Of a stretch of 64,000 nucleotides of DNA, positions 10,919 through 28,346 are shown one piece after another. Source of the DNA: an uncultured Gemmatimonadaceae bacterium (lineage in GTDB: Bacteria > Gemmatimonadota > Gemmatimonadetes > Gemmatimonadales > Gemmatimonadaceae); assembly GCA_963829055.1 (NCBI GenBank), contig CAWHHI010000016.1:576001-640000 (forward strand), written 5' to 3'. The position numbers were made by a program, and so were the translations under genes. Position 1 is the stretch's first letter, and every line of letters starts with the position of its first letter. The notes beneath the pieces are model-generated. The model did no database searches. It saw only the letters and a program-made list of their open reading frames with translations, and was not told where the DNA came from.

Positions 10919-12193
10919 TCATCGGTCTCGCACCATCGCCGCCATCTGCGCCTCCGCGACAAGCTCACCGTCTACCTTCGCCACACCGTTCATCTTGCAG
11001 ATGCGCCCGCGGATCTGAACCACCTCGAGCTCGAAGCGGAGCTGATCGCCCGGCTTCACCGGCCGTCGCCACTTCACGTTGTCGAGCGACATGAAGTACA
11101 CGACCTTGGTCTCCGGATCATCAAACGATCCCATGAGCAACATGCCCGCCGACCTGCGCCATCGCTTCGATGATCAGCACGCCGGGCATGATCGGGTGAC
11201 CCGGGAAATGCCCCTGAAAGAACGGCTCGTTGATCGTCACGTTCTTCAGCCCGACGATCCGCTTCCCGTGCTCGATCTCGAGGATCCGGTCAACGAGCAG
11301 GAATGGATACCGATGCGGGAGGATCTTCATGATCTCTTCGATTCCGATCACGGTATTCTCCTTCCCCGCCTGCTTGGTGAGTTCTCGAACGAGCAAGATC
11401 GTTCCCCTGTGACTCGGTTTATGTGCAACGACTCGCACCCGCACCCGACGCCCCGCGAGCGCCAGGTCGCCCGACGCAATCGAGCGCCTTGTGGCGCACG
11501 AACTCATCAGGCCAACGCAGCGTGTTCTCGATGACACTATCGCCATCGAGCACGACCGCGTTCTGCGTCGACCCGCCACGAATCAGTCCTCGCGACCGGA
11601 GCGCATCGACCTCGCGCGCGAATCCGAACGTACGCGCCGGCGCAATCTCCCGCGCAAACACGTCGGGCGTCACCGTGTACCGGCATTCCTGGCGCCCAAT
11701 GAGCGGATGCGGGAAATTCGATCGACACCGACAGGTCGAGCGTGTCGGACGGGTGCGCCTCGTACACCGACTCGCCGTCGACGACGCGCACCGACGACTG
11801 CAGCGTAAGATACTGTGCCTGGCCCCGCTGCTCCGTCCAGCCGGCGGATCGCAACGCGTCCAGAAATGGCGCCGCACTTCCATCCATGATCGGCGGCTCG
11901 GGCCCGTCGATCTCGATCGTCACGTCATCGACCTCGACCCCAGCGATCGCCGCAAGCACGTGCTCAACCGTGTGGATCGCGTCATCGCCGCTGCCGAGCT
12001 GCGTCCGCCGCTCGGTCAGCACTGCGTGCTCTACGACCGCGGGGATTACCGGCGTCCCCGGTCTGTCGGTGCGAATGAACCGGATGCCGTAGCCCGCGGG
12101 CGCCGGTCGGAACGTGAGACGACACGCCACCCCGAGATGCAGCCCGACTCCCTCGAGCGTCACCGGGCGCGAGATCGTTCGACGAGACGTCAT
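10919..12193 (-). CDS. lpxC: Bifunctional LpxC deacetylase / FabZ dehydratase; three apparent frameshifts
   Basis: [41 protein letters not shown], then [32 protein letters not shown]; the junction is in one frame (ORF 11121-11579). Confidence 0.9.
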
Positions 12194-13251
12194 TCGCGCT
12201 CCACCAGGCGTTCGAGCTTCTTGATGATGTCGGCCAGACGCAGCACGGCGGCGCTAGCCCGGAGCGACTGCCGATGCGGACGCGCCGGGTAGCCGGACCA
12301 GGTCTCGCCCGGCGGCACATCGCCGAACACGCCCGCCTGCCCAGCTATCTGCGCGCGCGCCCCAATCGTGATGTGACCGCCGAGTCCCGCCTGTCCCGCA
12401 ATGACGGCCCCGTCTTCCACGCGGGCGGAGCCGGCGATACCGACCTGCGCCAGGATGAGGCACAACCGGCCGATGCGCACGTTATGCGCGATGTGCACGA
12501 GGTTGTCGATCTTGGTCCCCGCACCAATCACCGTGTCATCGACGCTGCCACGATCGATCGTCGTGTTGGCGCCGATTTCGACGTCGTCCTCGATGATGCA
12601 ACGACCGACGTGCGGAATCTTCTCGTGCGCCGCGTTGCGAAACACGTAGCCGAAACCATCGCTCCCGAGTCTCACGCCGGCATGAACCACGACACGGTTG
12701 CCGAGCGTCGTGCCACTGTACAGAGTGGCGGACGGGAACACGCGGCTGTCGGTGCCGACCACCACGCCCGCGCCGACAGAGACGTGTGCCTCGATCCAGC
12801 TCCGGTCGCCGATCGCCGCGCCGTCCGCAATGACGGCATACGGACCGATCGTCACGTCGTTGCCTAACGTGACGCCACGACCGAGGCGCGCCGTCGCATG
12901 CACCCCGGGCTCGCGGGCCGGAGATCTGTACAGGCGTGGCAGCACCGCGAGCATCGCATCGTGCGGGCGATCGACCACGATCCGCGCAGCCGCCGTCGTC
13001 GCGAGCTCGGCGAATTCCGGCGCGATGAGCACGACGCTCGCCCGCGTTCGCTCGTACATCGGTGCATAACGCGCTTTCGCGAGAAAGCTCAGGTCTGTGT
13101 TCGTCGCGCGATCGAGCGGCGCCATGGCACGTACTTCGGCCGCGCCATCGCCCGTCACCACGCCGCCCACGAGGCCCGCAATGTCCGAAGCGGTGAGAGT
13201 GCGAACACCCTCACCGCTCGTCGATCGTTCAACCTGCTGCGACGCTGCCAC
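12190..13251 (-). CDS. lpxD: UDP-3-O-acylglucosamine N-acyltransferase
   Basis: Hexapeptide repeats, [32 protein letters not shown]; start approximate. Confidence 0.93.
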   Translation of the reverse strand: MAASQQVERSTSGEGVRTLTASDIAGLVGGVVTGDGAAEVRAMAPLDRATNTDLSFLAKARYAPMYERTRASVVLIAPEFAELATTAAARIVVDRPHDAMLAVLPRLYRSPAREPGVHATARLGRGVTLGNDVTIGPYAVIADGAAIGDRSWIEAHVSVGAGVVVGTDSRVFPSATLYSGTTLGNRVVVHAGVRLGSDGFGYVFRNAAHEKIPHVGRCIIEDDVEIGANTTIDRGSVDDTVIGAGTKIDNLVHIAHNVRIGRLCLILAQVGIAGSARVEDGAVIAGQAGLGGHITIGARAQIAGQAGVFGDVPPGETWSGYPARPHRQSLRASAAVLRLADIIKKLERLVERE

Positions 13252-13256
13252 TGCGA

Positions 13257-13887
13257 CTACGGTTTCGGCCGAGTCGCACCCGCGGGGGCGGGGCGCGGTC
13301 CCGCAGGTGCCCCCTTGCCGGTATCTGTCTTCGGTGCGCCGGGCGCCGGACGCCGTCACCGGCACGGGCTTCAGCCGCGAGATGACTTTCTCTGTGACAT
13401 CAAGGTTCCGATCGGCCGCCACGATAACGCCGGCCTCCGACCCAGCATCCAGAATGAACGCGTAGCCATCTTCCTGACGAATATCGTCGAGGACTTTCCG
13501 GATCTGGTCCATGATCGGCTTCACGAGCTCCATCTGCCGCTGCTGCATCTGCTGATCGAGCGCGCCGGCTCGCGCTTGATAGTCTTCCTGCTTCTTGCGA
13601 ATGGCCGACTCGCGCTGCTCGCGAACGTTCGCGGCGAGCGTCGCCTGCGCCTTCTGGTAATCCGCGATCATCGTCTGCAGAGAGTCGCCCATTTTCTGTA
13701 CCTGGGATCGCGACGTCTCCATCTCCTTGTTGAACTGATCCTCGGCTGCCTGGCGGCCAGGCGCGCGAGACAGGATCACCTTGCTATCGACGTAGCCGAT
13801 CTTCTGAGGTCCCTGCGAGAAGGCTGGGGCCGCAATGACGGGAGAGAGAACAAGCGCGAGCTTCGTCGCGCGGCGTATCAGATTCAT
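13257..13887 (-). CDS. skp: OmpH/Skp outer-membrane protein chaperone; frameshift ~13345
   Basis: Signal peptide, KIGYVDS, coiled coil, GYAFILD...[14 protein letters not shown] at 13257-13259 after a one-base shift. Confidence 0.85.
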
Positions 13888-13904
13888 GATAGAGCTCCGG
13901 AGTT

Positions 13905-16339
13905 TTAGAACAGCTGACCGAGTCGGAAGTGAAGAATCCACTTCGGGTCCGGACGTCCGAACTTGTCCAGACGATCGAAGCCGTAGCCGTAGTCGAGCCC
14001 GAGTGGCCCGAGCGGGGTGACGGTCGAAACACCGATGCCCGCACCGCGGAAGAGCCGCGTGGGGTCGAACTGGCCGGCCTTCCTGTACAGGTTGCCGACG
14101 TCGTAGAACAGATTCCCGTAGAGCGACTGGTTCACGCGAAGTCCGAGTTCCGCCGTGCCGTTGAAGAACGCTTTGCCGAACGACAAGCGCGTGGCGTTGA
14201 AGTTGTCGGTACCGGTGACGTAGCCACGGGGCGAGATCGAGAACTCCTGGTAGCCGCGCAACTGCTCGCCGTACTGTACGCCGCCCATGGCGAACTCCTG
14301 CGAGAAGAAGAACGGACCCGTGTTCCCGCTGACCATACCCGCGCGAGCCGTAAGCCCGAGCACGAACTTCAACGGTTGCGAACCGGCGGCCTTGCCGCCG
14401 ATCTGGCCGAGCGGCGCGTAGGCGCGGCTCTCCGCGCGGTACTGCTGGAATCTGTACGTGCCGCCTAACGGCCCACCCGACAGCTGCGCCGAGATGCTCT
14501 GCATCCCGCCAGACGTCGCGAACGGCATGTCGGCTCGCGTGTCGTGCGCCAGGGTCGAGCCGACCGTCGAGCGGTACGTGCTGTTGCCGTAGATGCTGGA
14601 TTGTTCGCCGAGCAGGCCGCTCGTGCCGAAGCGTCACGACTTCCGCACCATAGTTGAGAGCGGATTCGCGAGTACGGTGACCGCGGAACCGGGAAACCAA
14701 CCTCGAACGATCCACCGGTTCGCAGGCTACGACCCAGGTCGGCGACGGTGTAACGCGCCTGCGTCCGATAGGCCGAGACCGTCCCCGAGAAACGCGTCTG
14801 GCGGATAGCCGGGTCGCTATACGAGAGGTTGAAGTCGTTCACGTATCGGCCGAACTGCCACTGCAGCGCTCCGCGCTTGCACCGGCCAAACAGGTTCGGC
14901 TGGTCGAGGCCGATGAAGCCACCGACACCGAGCCCCTGTCCCACCGATGCACCGAAGTTGACGTTGCCGGTTCGCTTCTCTTTCACGTTGAAGATCACGT
15001 CCACGTCGCCCTGTTCGTTGGCAGGACGGGTGTCGGGCGGGGACACCGGCGTCTCGAAGAATCCGAGATTGCCGATGCTCTGCCAGCTGCGGATCAGGCG
15101 GTCCTGGTTGTACACGTCGCCGGGAATAATCACGAGTTGGTCGCGAATGCACGACTCTACCGTGTAGTCGTTCCCGACGATCTCGATGCGATTGATGATG
15201 GCGGGCGCTTTCTCGTCGATCACCCAACGGAGATCCACCACGTGCTGCGACGTATCCGACGTCACTCGCCGATCGACGACGGGCCGAAGGTCAGCGTAGA
15301 TGTACCCCTCGTTCCGATAGGCATTCTGCAGGCTGCTGAATGCTTGCTCCCACCGGTCCTTGTCGAACACGCCCTTCGGCGTTGGATCGGACGAAAGGCC
15401 GATACTCGACGTTACGACGCTTGTGATCGATCTCGTGTACTCGTTGAAGGGGTAGAAACGCATAACCTCTTCGGTCGAGAACCGCTTGTTCCCTTCGGCC
15501 TCGAATCGACCAACACGGTATTGCGGACCTTCGGAGACTGTGATCTCGAGGAGCGCTTTGCCGTTCTCGCGATCCACGATCATCGTGTCGCGGACGACTT
15601 GGAAGTCAATGTATCCGCGTTTGCCATAGAGCGCCGGCAGACGATCGCCGAGGTCGCCGGCGAATGTGTCCTCGTCGAACGCGCCCTTTCGGAACCAGAG
15701 GAAGCCCTCCGGCTTGGTCTTCATCGCGCCGACGATCTCGCCGTCGGAAACCTTCTTGTTGCCGATGATCCGAACGCCGGAAACGGCGACTCGACGCCCC
15801 TCGTCGACCTTGAACGTCAGCCGGATCTGGCCGCCGACGAACGTCGTCTCGGGTTTCACGCGCGCGAGATAGTACCCATGCGCTTCGTAGAGCGAATCGA
15901 TGCGCTCCACCGCGCGGGTAACCAGCGCGGGGTTGAGCGGACGGGCTTCGGGAATCTCGACGCGGTCACGGACCGACTTCTTCGAGACCCGGTCCACGCC
16001 TTCGATGCGAACGTCGGAGAGCACCGGCCGCTCCTTGACCGTGACAGCAACGACCGTCCGCGTGCCCGCTCCGGCAGCAGGGCTACACGTGATTTTCACG
16101 TCATCGAACTGACCGGTCGCGAAGATATTGCGAATGGCACGCTGGATGTCGCGGTAATTCAGGGTGGCGCCGGCTACGAGCCCTGCGTCACCTCGAATTG
16201 TCGCTTCGTCAACGTGTTCGTTGCCGCGAACCGCAATCGAATCCGGTACGGCGCAACTTCCAAGGGGTGTGGTGTCTTGCGCAAGCGCAGAAGCGCTCGC
16301 CGCTGCCAGACACAGCAGCACGAGAGGCAATCGGGACAT
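13905..16339 (-). CDS. bamA: Outer membrane protein assembly factor BamA; frameshift(s) ~14560-14670
   Basis: Signal peptide, POTRA repeats, VKEKRTG, QPNLFGR, LRGY loop, [12 protein letters not shown], terminal F. Confidence 0.93.
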
Positions 16340-16355
16340 GGCGGTAATATACACG

Positions 16356-16391
16356 AAAGCGCCCGCCGGGTTCACAGTCCCGGCGGGCGCT
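16356..16391 (-). terminator. Probable intrinsic terminator after clpC
   Basis: 13-bp stem AGCGCCCGCCGGG/CCCGGCGGGCGCT followed by a short T run on the minus strand. Confidence 0.6.
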
Positions 16392-16436
16392 ATCCATTGC
16401 CGCCGCCTAATGTTGGCGACGGATTGTCCCGATTGC

Positions 16437-18932
<2,496 letters not shown>

Positions 18933-18962
18933 ATGTCCCTCAAGTCCGGAGCTGTGCTCCGG

Positions 18963-20045
18963 TCACGCCTGCGAACCCGCCTCATTGATCAACGCCTGTC
19001 GCACGTATCGTGCGCGGGCGAGGTTCGCTTCGCTCTCAGTCAGCGCACGACCTTCTGCGTACGACAAGTGCGCGGACTGGCTGAAAATCAGGAGCTTGTT
19101 GAGGGTATATACACTCAGGCCGATGATCAGTTTCAGACCAACTGCCAACCGCACCCCGCTCAAAAAGTTCATCGCCTCATCGAACGAGAGGCTGCGGGCA
19201 TACCGCAGGGTGCCGTACGCACGCCAGAGCTTGTCCTCAATAATATACCCGGCGTCACGCAGCAACACCCGCCGCGCCTCCTCTTCACGTTCGATGACCG
19301 TGCGAACCACTCGTGCGAGGTGCTCGGCCAACTCGTCCTCCGAACGACCGAGCGTCGTCTGGTTCGAGATCTGGAAGAAGTTCCCCACGACCTCGCTGCC
19401 CTCGCCGTACAGCCCGCGATAGGTCAGCCCCATCGCCTGCAATCCAGCGAGCACCTTCCCGATCTCCTTCGTCAACACCAAACCGGGCAGGTGAATCAGC
19501 ACCGATGCACGCAGACCCGTTCCCGTATTCGTCGGGCACGCCGTCAGGAATCCGAACTCGTCGTGAAACGCGAACGGAACTCGGTTGCCTAACTCCCGAT
19601 CTACACGCATCACCGCTGCAAGCGCTTCGCTCACACTGAAGCCGGACCGGAGCGCCTGCAAACGAAGATGGTCCTCCTCGTTTATCATGACGCCCGCCGA
19701 CTCGCAGAGATACAAAGCCGCGCCACTGCGCACTCCCTGAGGGAGATCCAATCCTGCGAGCTCCTTGCTCACGAGATGTCGCTCGTGCAGCAACAGCCGG
19801 TCAGTGGGCGGCATCTCGTCCACCCGGAGCAGCACGCCATTCGAGAGCGCCGGGACGTGCGGCAGCGCTTCGCGCACCTGCGTCAGGATCCGAAGCCGCT
19901 CTCCGTCACGAGCACGACCAGTGAACGCGTACCCCTCGACGTTGCGCGCGAGGCGGATGCGGGTCGACAGCACGATGTCAGCGTGGTCGCCTGACGCGTC
20001 GAGCCAGCTTGCCCCGCCATCAGGAAGCAATGAGAGATCGACCAT
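18963..20045 (-). CDS. mcsB: Protein arginine kinase
   Basis: STRIRLARN, ERHLVS, MINEEDHLR, FLTACPTNTGTGLRASV, FQISNQTTLG. Confidence 0.93.
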   Translation of the reverse strand: MVDLSLLPDGGASWLDASGDHADIVLSTRIRLARNVEGYAFTGRARDGERLRILTQVREALPHVPALSNGVLLRVDEMPPTDRLLLHERHLVSKELAGLDLPQGVRSGAALYLCESAGVMINEEDHLRLQALRSGFSVSEALAAVMRVDRELGNRVPFAFHDEFGFLTACPTNTGTGLRASVLIHLPGLVLTKEIGKVLAGLQAMGLTYRGLYGEGSEVVGNFFQISNQTTLGRSEDELAEHLARVVRTVIEREEEARRVLLRDAGYIIEDKLWRAYGTLRYARSLSFDEAMNFLSGVRLAVGLKLIIGLSVYTLNKLLIFSQSAHLSYAEGRALTESEANLARARYVRQALINEAGSQA

Positions 20046-20530
20046 TACTCGAGTCCCTTGATCTGATCGCGAATGGAGGCCGCGAGCTCGAACTGTTCCG
20101 TCTCGACGGCACGACGCAGTTTCTCGCGCAGTTCCCCGATCACCGATGTTCCCTCGAAGAAAAGCGGCGTAGGCGGCTCATAACGCCGCCCCGCATGACG
20201 CGAATTTCCATGAATCTTCCGCAGCAGCTCGCGAAGGCTCTGCTCGAACGTTCCGTAGCAGTGCATGCACCCGAGCCGCCCGGAATTCCGGAACTCGCGG
20301 AGCGTCGTCGAGCAGAACGCGCAACGCGCCGAGTCACCCTGCTGCCCGCCTAACTGCTGCTGCACGCCAGACAGGAAGTCACTCAGCGGGTGCTTCGGCA
20401 TTGTCGCCGTCGTCTCGATGCCGCGCGCCGCCGCGCACTTCTCGCAGAGGTTCTCGAGCGTCACCGAGTTGTTCTCCATCTTGGTGACTTGGACAACGCC
20501 TTCACGTTCCCTGCACACATCGCACAACAT
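20045..20530 (-). CDS. mcsA: Protein arginine kinase activator (CxxC zinc motifs plus UVR domain)
   Basis: Four CxxC motifs, GRLGCMHCY, EQFELAASIRDQIK. Confidence 0.9.
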   Translation of the reverse strand: MLCDVCREREGVVQVTKMENNSVTLENLCEKCAAARGIETTATMPKHPLSDFLSGVQQQLGGQQGDSARCAFCSTTLREFRNSGRLGCMHCYGTFEQSLRELLRKIHGNSRHAGRRYEPPTPLFFEGTSVIGELREKLRRAVETEQFELAASIRDQIKGLE

Positions 20531-21229
20531 CAGGCAACGACCCCCCGGACATCGGTATCGACTAGTCGACCATCCTCGAGCAGCAGCGCGCGGTCCGCGC
20601 GCGCCGCCAGCGACCGGTTATGCGTGACCACGACCATCCCAATCTCCAGGTCGCGAGCGAGTTGCGCGAACACCTCGTGCAACCGCTCGCCGTTTCGATG
20701 ATCGAGATTGCCCGTCGGCTCATCCGCCATCAGCACCGCCGGGTCGACCGCGAGAGCGCGCGCCACAGCCGTGCGCTGCTGCTCGCCGCCCGACAGCTCG
20801 CTCGGCCGGTGATGCATGCGCGCGCTCAGCCCCACGCGCGACAGCAACTCGGAAGCGCGACCCTTGGCTTCTGACACCGGCGTACCACCAATACGCATCG
20901 GCATCATCACGTTCTCGAGCGCCGAGAACTCACGCAGCAAATGGTGGTACTGAAACACGAACCCGACTTTTCGGTTCCTGATCACCGCCAGCTCATCGTC
21001 CGTTCGATTCATCGATCGACTCACCACCGATCAGCACGTGGCCACGCGACGGGCGGTCGAGCGCGCCGATCACGTGCAGCAGCGTGCTCTTGCCCGCGCC
21101 GCTCTCGCCGACGATCGCGATCATCTCACCGCGTTTGACGCTGAGATTCACGCCGTTGAGGATGTGGAGCGTGCTCCCGTCCCCTCCGCGATACGACTTC
21201 GCGATGTCGTGGGCTTCGAGCACGTTCAT
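20530..21229 (-). CDS. lolD: Lipoprotein-releasing ABC transporter ATPase; frameshift ~21020
   Basis: [39 protein letters not shown]. Confidence 0.9.
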
Positions 21230-21248
21230 CGGTCCACCTGACTCGTGA

Positions 21249-23980
<2,732 letters not shown>

Positions 23981-23984
<4 letters not shown>

Positions 23985-25097
23985 GACGACCCCACGCGTT
24001 CGCCCGTCTGCTTGAGATACGCCCGAATGAACGGGTCGATACCACCATCCATGACTTTCTGCACGTCCGGGATCTTCAACTCGGTTCGGTGGTCGTTGAC
24101 CATCGTGTAGGGCTGGAAGACGTAGCTGCGAATCTGGCTGCCGAACGACACGTCGGACTTTGTAGCGTCCAGCTTCGCCTTCTCTGCCGCCTGCTTGTCC
24201 GCTTCGATCTGATAGAGGCGGTTCTTCAGCATTTTCATCGCGGTCGCCTTGTTCTTGAACTGCGAGCGCTCCTGCTGCGACGCGACGACGACTCCGCTCG
24301 GGATGTGCGTGAGCCTAACGGCGGAGCTGGTCTTGTTTACATGCTGGCCACCCGCGCCGCTCGCGCGGTAGACATCCATTTTGATGTCCTCGTCGCGGAT
24401 CTCGATCTTGATCTCGTCGTCCACCACCGGATACACGAATACCGAGGCGAAGCTCGTGTGCCGGCGCGACTGTGCGTCGAACGGTGAGATGCGAACGAGA
24501 CGGTGTACTCCCGTCTCGGGGCGGAGAAAGCCGAAGGCGTGCTGGCCCTTGATCTCGAGGACCGCACCCTTGATTCCCGCTTCCTCCCCCTCGCTGAGGT
24601 CGAGGATCTCGACCGTGTACCCTTTTCGCTCCGCCCAGCGCGTGTACATCCGCATGAGCATCTGGGCCCAATCCTGCGCTTCGGTGCCACCGGCGCCGGC
24701 GCTGATCTCGACCTGCGCATCGCGAAAGTCGTCCGGTCCGCGGAGCAGCGAACGCAGTTCGTAGGCGTCGATCTCAGTCTCGACGGCATCGAGCTCTTGA
24801 TCGACGTCCGCGGACATAGACTGATCGGGCTCACCCGCCAGCAGTTCGTCCAACTCCACGGCGCCTGCCACGCGGGCCACGAGCTTGTCGTATGGCTCGA
24901 TCCAGCCCTTCAATTCTTTGACCTGCTGGACACCGACGCGCGCACTCTCCTGATCGTTCCAGAAGGTCGTCCCGGCCATGCGTCCTTCGAGCTGTGTCAG
25001 CGCTTCCCGCTTGCGATCGAGGTCAAAGATACCTCCTTAGCTCGAGCAGCCGATCCTCGGCGTCTCGGAGCCGACGCGTACGCTCGGTCTCTGCCAT
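23981..25097 (-). CDS. prfB: Peptide chain release factor 2 (programmed +1 frameshift)
   Basis: SPF and GGQ motifs; a 24-codon first frame from ATG 25097 ends in CTT TGA C with AGGAGG just upstream. Confidence 0.96.
25022..25038 (-). promoter_or_regulatory. prfB +1 ribosomal frameshift signal
   Basis: Minus strand reads AAGGAGG TAT CTT TGA C. Confidence 0.93.
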
Positions 25098-25234
25098 TGT
25101 CTTCGTCCCCATCGCGGCGAATATGACATGAGCCGCCCTCCACGCCGGAGAGCGGCTCAGCTGTCACTGGTGTGCGATGAAGATAGCCGGAAAACGGATA
25201 TCGAACCACCCCGGCGCCGCCCGCTTGCGAACGG

Positions 25235-26326
25235 CTAGAAGACTTTCTTGCCGCCCGCCAGCACGTCGTTCAACGCATCCTGAAAGTGAGATGTTGTTTC
25301 GGCGAACTCCTTCCCGATCTGATCGACGTATTCCTCGTAGCTCTTCTTGATCTCCTCTCGGAAGAGCTGCTTGAGGGTGCCGGCCCGCATTCCCTCATCT
25401 CGTTTTTGCGGATGGTACGCGACCATATCGGAAACCAGCGCGCGAGCGAGTCGCTTGGCCTTCTGGTTGGGATCGTTCGCGAGGAACGGATTGATCGGCG
25501 ATTTCGGCGGCGTTGCGGCCGTGGCGTCGGCGCGCGCCGGCTGCACAGTTGGCGAGTCGGCCATCGGCGACGCAGCGCGCGGCATCGGAAACGGTGTGGC
25601 GGAAGCGGCCGAAGGCGGTATGGGAGCAACAGAGCGAGCCGCCGGCGCGCCAATCGGGACATCGCTCGTTCTCATGTCCGGCGACGGCGCGCTACTCGGG
25701 CGCGTCGTCTGGCCAGATGTCGTCGCGCGAAGGCGCAGCCGGACGTGGCGGCTGCATCGACGGCACCTGCGGCGCGACAGGCGCCGCGGGTGGTCCCGAT
25801 GCGCGAGCGGGTGGACTCATCGGCGGAGCCATCGCAGCCTGCGGCATCGAGCCCTGAGCGCTCGATGCGGGCGGCGCGCTCTTCGTTTCCGCGAGATGCG
25901 GATGGTGCTGAGGGGCCGCGGCCGACGGCATCGTTGGAACTCCTGCCGGTGTCGGTCGGCGTCCCGGAGCGAACGGCGGAACCCGAGTCGGCGTCGCCGA
26001 TCGAGGGACGCCGGCGGGCGGCGTGAGGAAGCAGCGCCTGCCGTGCCTAACGCTTGGCTGGCACCCGATGGACCCCGGGACCCTTCGGCCGCGATGGGTC
26101 GGTCGGCGAGGCCTGCGGCTCCGGTGGCCGATGCTCCGGCTCGCGCTGGCGCAGCCGTTAGGCTGGCCGCGTCGTGAGAGATCGCGAAATCATCGGTCCA
26201 ACTTCGCGCCGATGTGATCGGGATGATGCCGCCGCAAACCGAGCAGCGCGCGCGTATGCCGGGTCCCGGTACGCGAGCAGGGTCCACTCGGAACACGGAC
26301 TGACACTCGGGACATGAAACGTTCAT
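25235..26326 (-). CDS. Zinc-ribbon (MJ0042-type) protein with Pro/Ala linker and helical C-terminal domain; apparent frameshifts in the linker
   Basis: N-terminal CPEC...VDPARVP...CSVC; C-terminal AKRLARALVSDMVAY...FREEIKKSYEEY...HFQDALNDVL. Confidence 0.7.
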
Positions 26327-27340
26327 GACTCGTCGCCCAGGCTAAGCGGAACGTCGGATCGTGCCGACGGCGAACGAACCGGTTGACCTACCGGCGCGTC
26401 TTGCCGACGATCGATCGTGTACACGGAACCCGTCAACGTCTTTGCGTAACTCTTCATTTCGGTCGCAAGCTCGCTCACCTGAGCCGCGGTCGCAAACTGT
26501 CGGCGCTCGTTCGACACAACCCCGATGGAAACGGTCATGAGCGGGACGCGGTGGAGTTGCCCCCGCCGATCCTTGCCGAAGAAGTATCCCGCGCGTCGGT
26601 CCTGCTCGGAATATTGATAGGGAACCAAGGAATCGAAGATGAACACGATTTCGGCGCATGTGTCGTTCACGGCCGACGCTGGAACGATAAAGATGAAATC
26701 GTCGCCACCAATGTGGCCGACGAATCCCTGCTCCGCACATATACCTTTTACCACATCGTGCAGGATCTTCGCGAGAATGCGGATCACACGATCGCCGTCG
26801 TAATAACTATATCGATCGTTGAATTCCTTGAAGTGATCCAGGTCCGCGTAGCAGACAGCGAACGGTGCGTCCTGATGCAATCGCCGCGTGATCTCGGCCT
26901 CGATGTCGATCGTGCCAGGAAGTCGCGTGGATGGATGGACGAATACATCGCGATCGGAACGGCGCAGCAGGACGTCGAATCGAATCGTTGACTCGTCGGT
27001 GCTCAGTCCGTCGTTCGTCACCTCGTCGGCGCCGGAGTCGAAGGCGGCGCGTAGCGCCCCGTCCGCTGTTCCGCAGACAAAGAGCGCGGGAATGATCCCG
27101 GTGAACGAGTCGCTCTTCAGCCGCGTGCAGGCCTCGAGGCAGCTCTCGGCGTGGGAGCGTCCGTCGAAGACGACGAGCCTGGGTCGACCTCTGAGCGCGC
27201 GCGCCATGAGCTCGTCTGCGACTCTGCACGAGCACCGCGGCGATTCCGCGCGCGGCGAGCCACGAGGAAATCGCCTCGGGCGGGGATCCCCCGCCTGGGC
27301 TGAACACCATCGCTGTATGCCGCTGCGACACGCTACGCAA
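26323..27340 (-). CDS. GGDEF-domain protein (putative diguanylate cyclase) with degenerate receiver-like N-terminus; frameshift ~27225
   Basis: HPSTRLPG, YADLDHFKEFNDRY, GHIGGDDF, TVSIGV; start uncertain. Confidence 0.85.
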
Positions 27341-27503
27341 TGCTCATGCTGGGGGGCGCGAAGTTATCGGTGACATGAAACGAATCAGAACGCAAACGAT
27401 CCTGTGCGTTGCGTCACAGGTCGCCGCTGGCCGAGTGTCCGGGGATCATCTGTAGACGCGGCGGTGCCACTCAACGTCATTTGAAGGGGCCGCATCACCG
27501 AAA

Positions 27504-28346
27504 TCATCGAATCGGGAATGACCCGAAGAGCTCGAACCGCTGCGATCCCGCTTCCTCGTGACGCCGCAGCCTGACCGTGATGAAAGCGTCCACCGTGCTC
27601 AGGGCGTGATTCGCGATCACGACCCCGAGGTCCTGGAGTGACGTCCGGTAGGCGTTGTTGCTCCTTCGAATGGTGCGCCGGAACTCCGCGTACTCCAGAC
27701 GAGCGTTGCTCCACGACCATCGGTAGTCAGCGGTGACCGCTCGGTCCCGGTAGAAGAGCTCCGCGTTCCTGGACTCTGCCTCGTCTCGCGGTGCGTCCGG
27801 GTTGGCCCAGTACGTCTGACGAGCGAGCAACCAGATTGCACCGTTGGCGGTCGTCGTGTCTGTCTCCGGATTCAGGTCACCGCCCGGTATGACGTCGAAG
27901 GCTCCGCTCGAGACGAACTTCTCCATCCGCTCGTAGTAGTCGAAGTCACCGATGGGACGCGTGGCGCTGAACGGTCGCCGGGCGACCTCGGACGCCAGGT
28001 TGCGGTAGCTGCCACGCGCTCGCTGTCCCTCCTTGGCGTCCGCTGCATAACGCGCCCACGCGTACGCCTCCACCGCGAGATACGCGACAACCCGGTCCTG
28101 ACCGAGAAGTGCCTGGCCGGTACCTGGCACGATCGCCGACGCGAGAACCGCCCACGCCGTCGTCTCGCGCGATGAATCCTGCCGCGCCCGCAGTCGATCC
28201 AGCAAATCGCCGTGTGGAACCGCGCTACCGCGCCAGGCGGCGGGTTGTTGCGCTGCGAACGAGCGGCCGACCGACGCGCGCTGTGCGAGGCCGCTCGACA
28301 GCGGCAGCGCTATCGCCAGGAGCACCACCACCCATCGCGGCTTCAA
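27504..28346 (-). CDS. Hypothetical exported/membrane protein
   Basis: 280 aa ORF with signal peptide and SAIVPGTGQ segment; overlaps the neighbouring gene. Confidence 0.7.
   Translation of the reverse strand: MKPRWVVVLLAIALPLSSGLAQRASVGRSFAAQQPAAWRGSAVPHGDLLDRLRARQDSSRETTAWAVLASAIVPGTGQALLGQDRVVAYLAVEAYAWARYAADAKEGQRARGSYRNLASEVARRPFSATRPIGDFDYYERMEKFVSSGAFDVIPGGDLNPETDTTTANGAIWLLARQTYWANPDAPRDEAESRNAELFYRDRAVTADYRWSWSNARLEYAEFRRTIRRSNNAYRTSLQDLGVVIANHALSTVDAFITVRLRRHEEAGSQRFELFGSFPIR

Noticed and set aside
12190..14715. 841-aa ORF suggesting a Skp-LpxD fusion
   Set aside because: A one-base shift near 13345 restores a Skp tail ending at TAG 13257, just before a LpxD GTG. The ORF's first part is an off-frame reading of bamA.
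26045..26163. GCCTAAC...GTTAGGC pair resembling integron attC core sites
   Set aside because: It lies inside a coding region, with no evident internal complementarity, integrase or cassette array. Better explained as two copies of the dispersed octamer.
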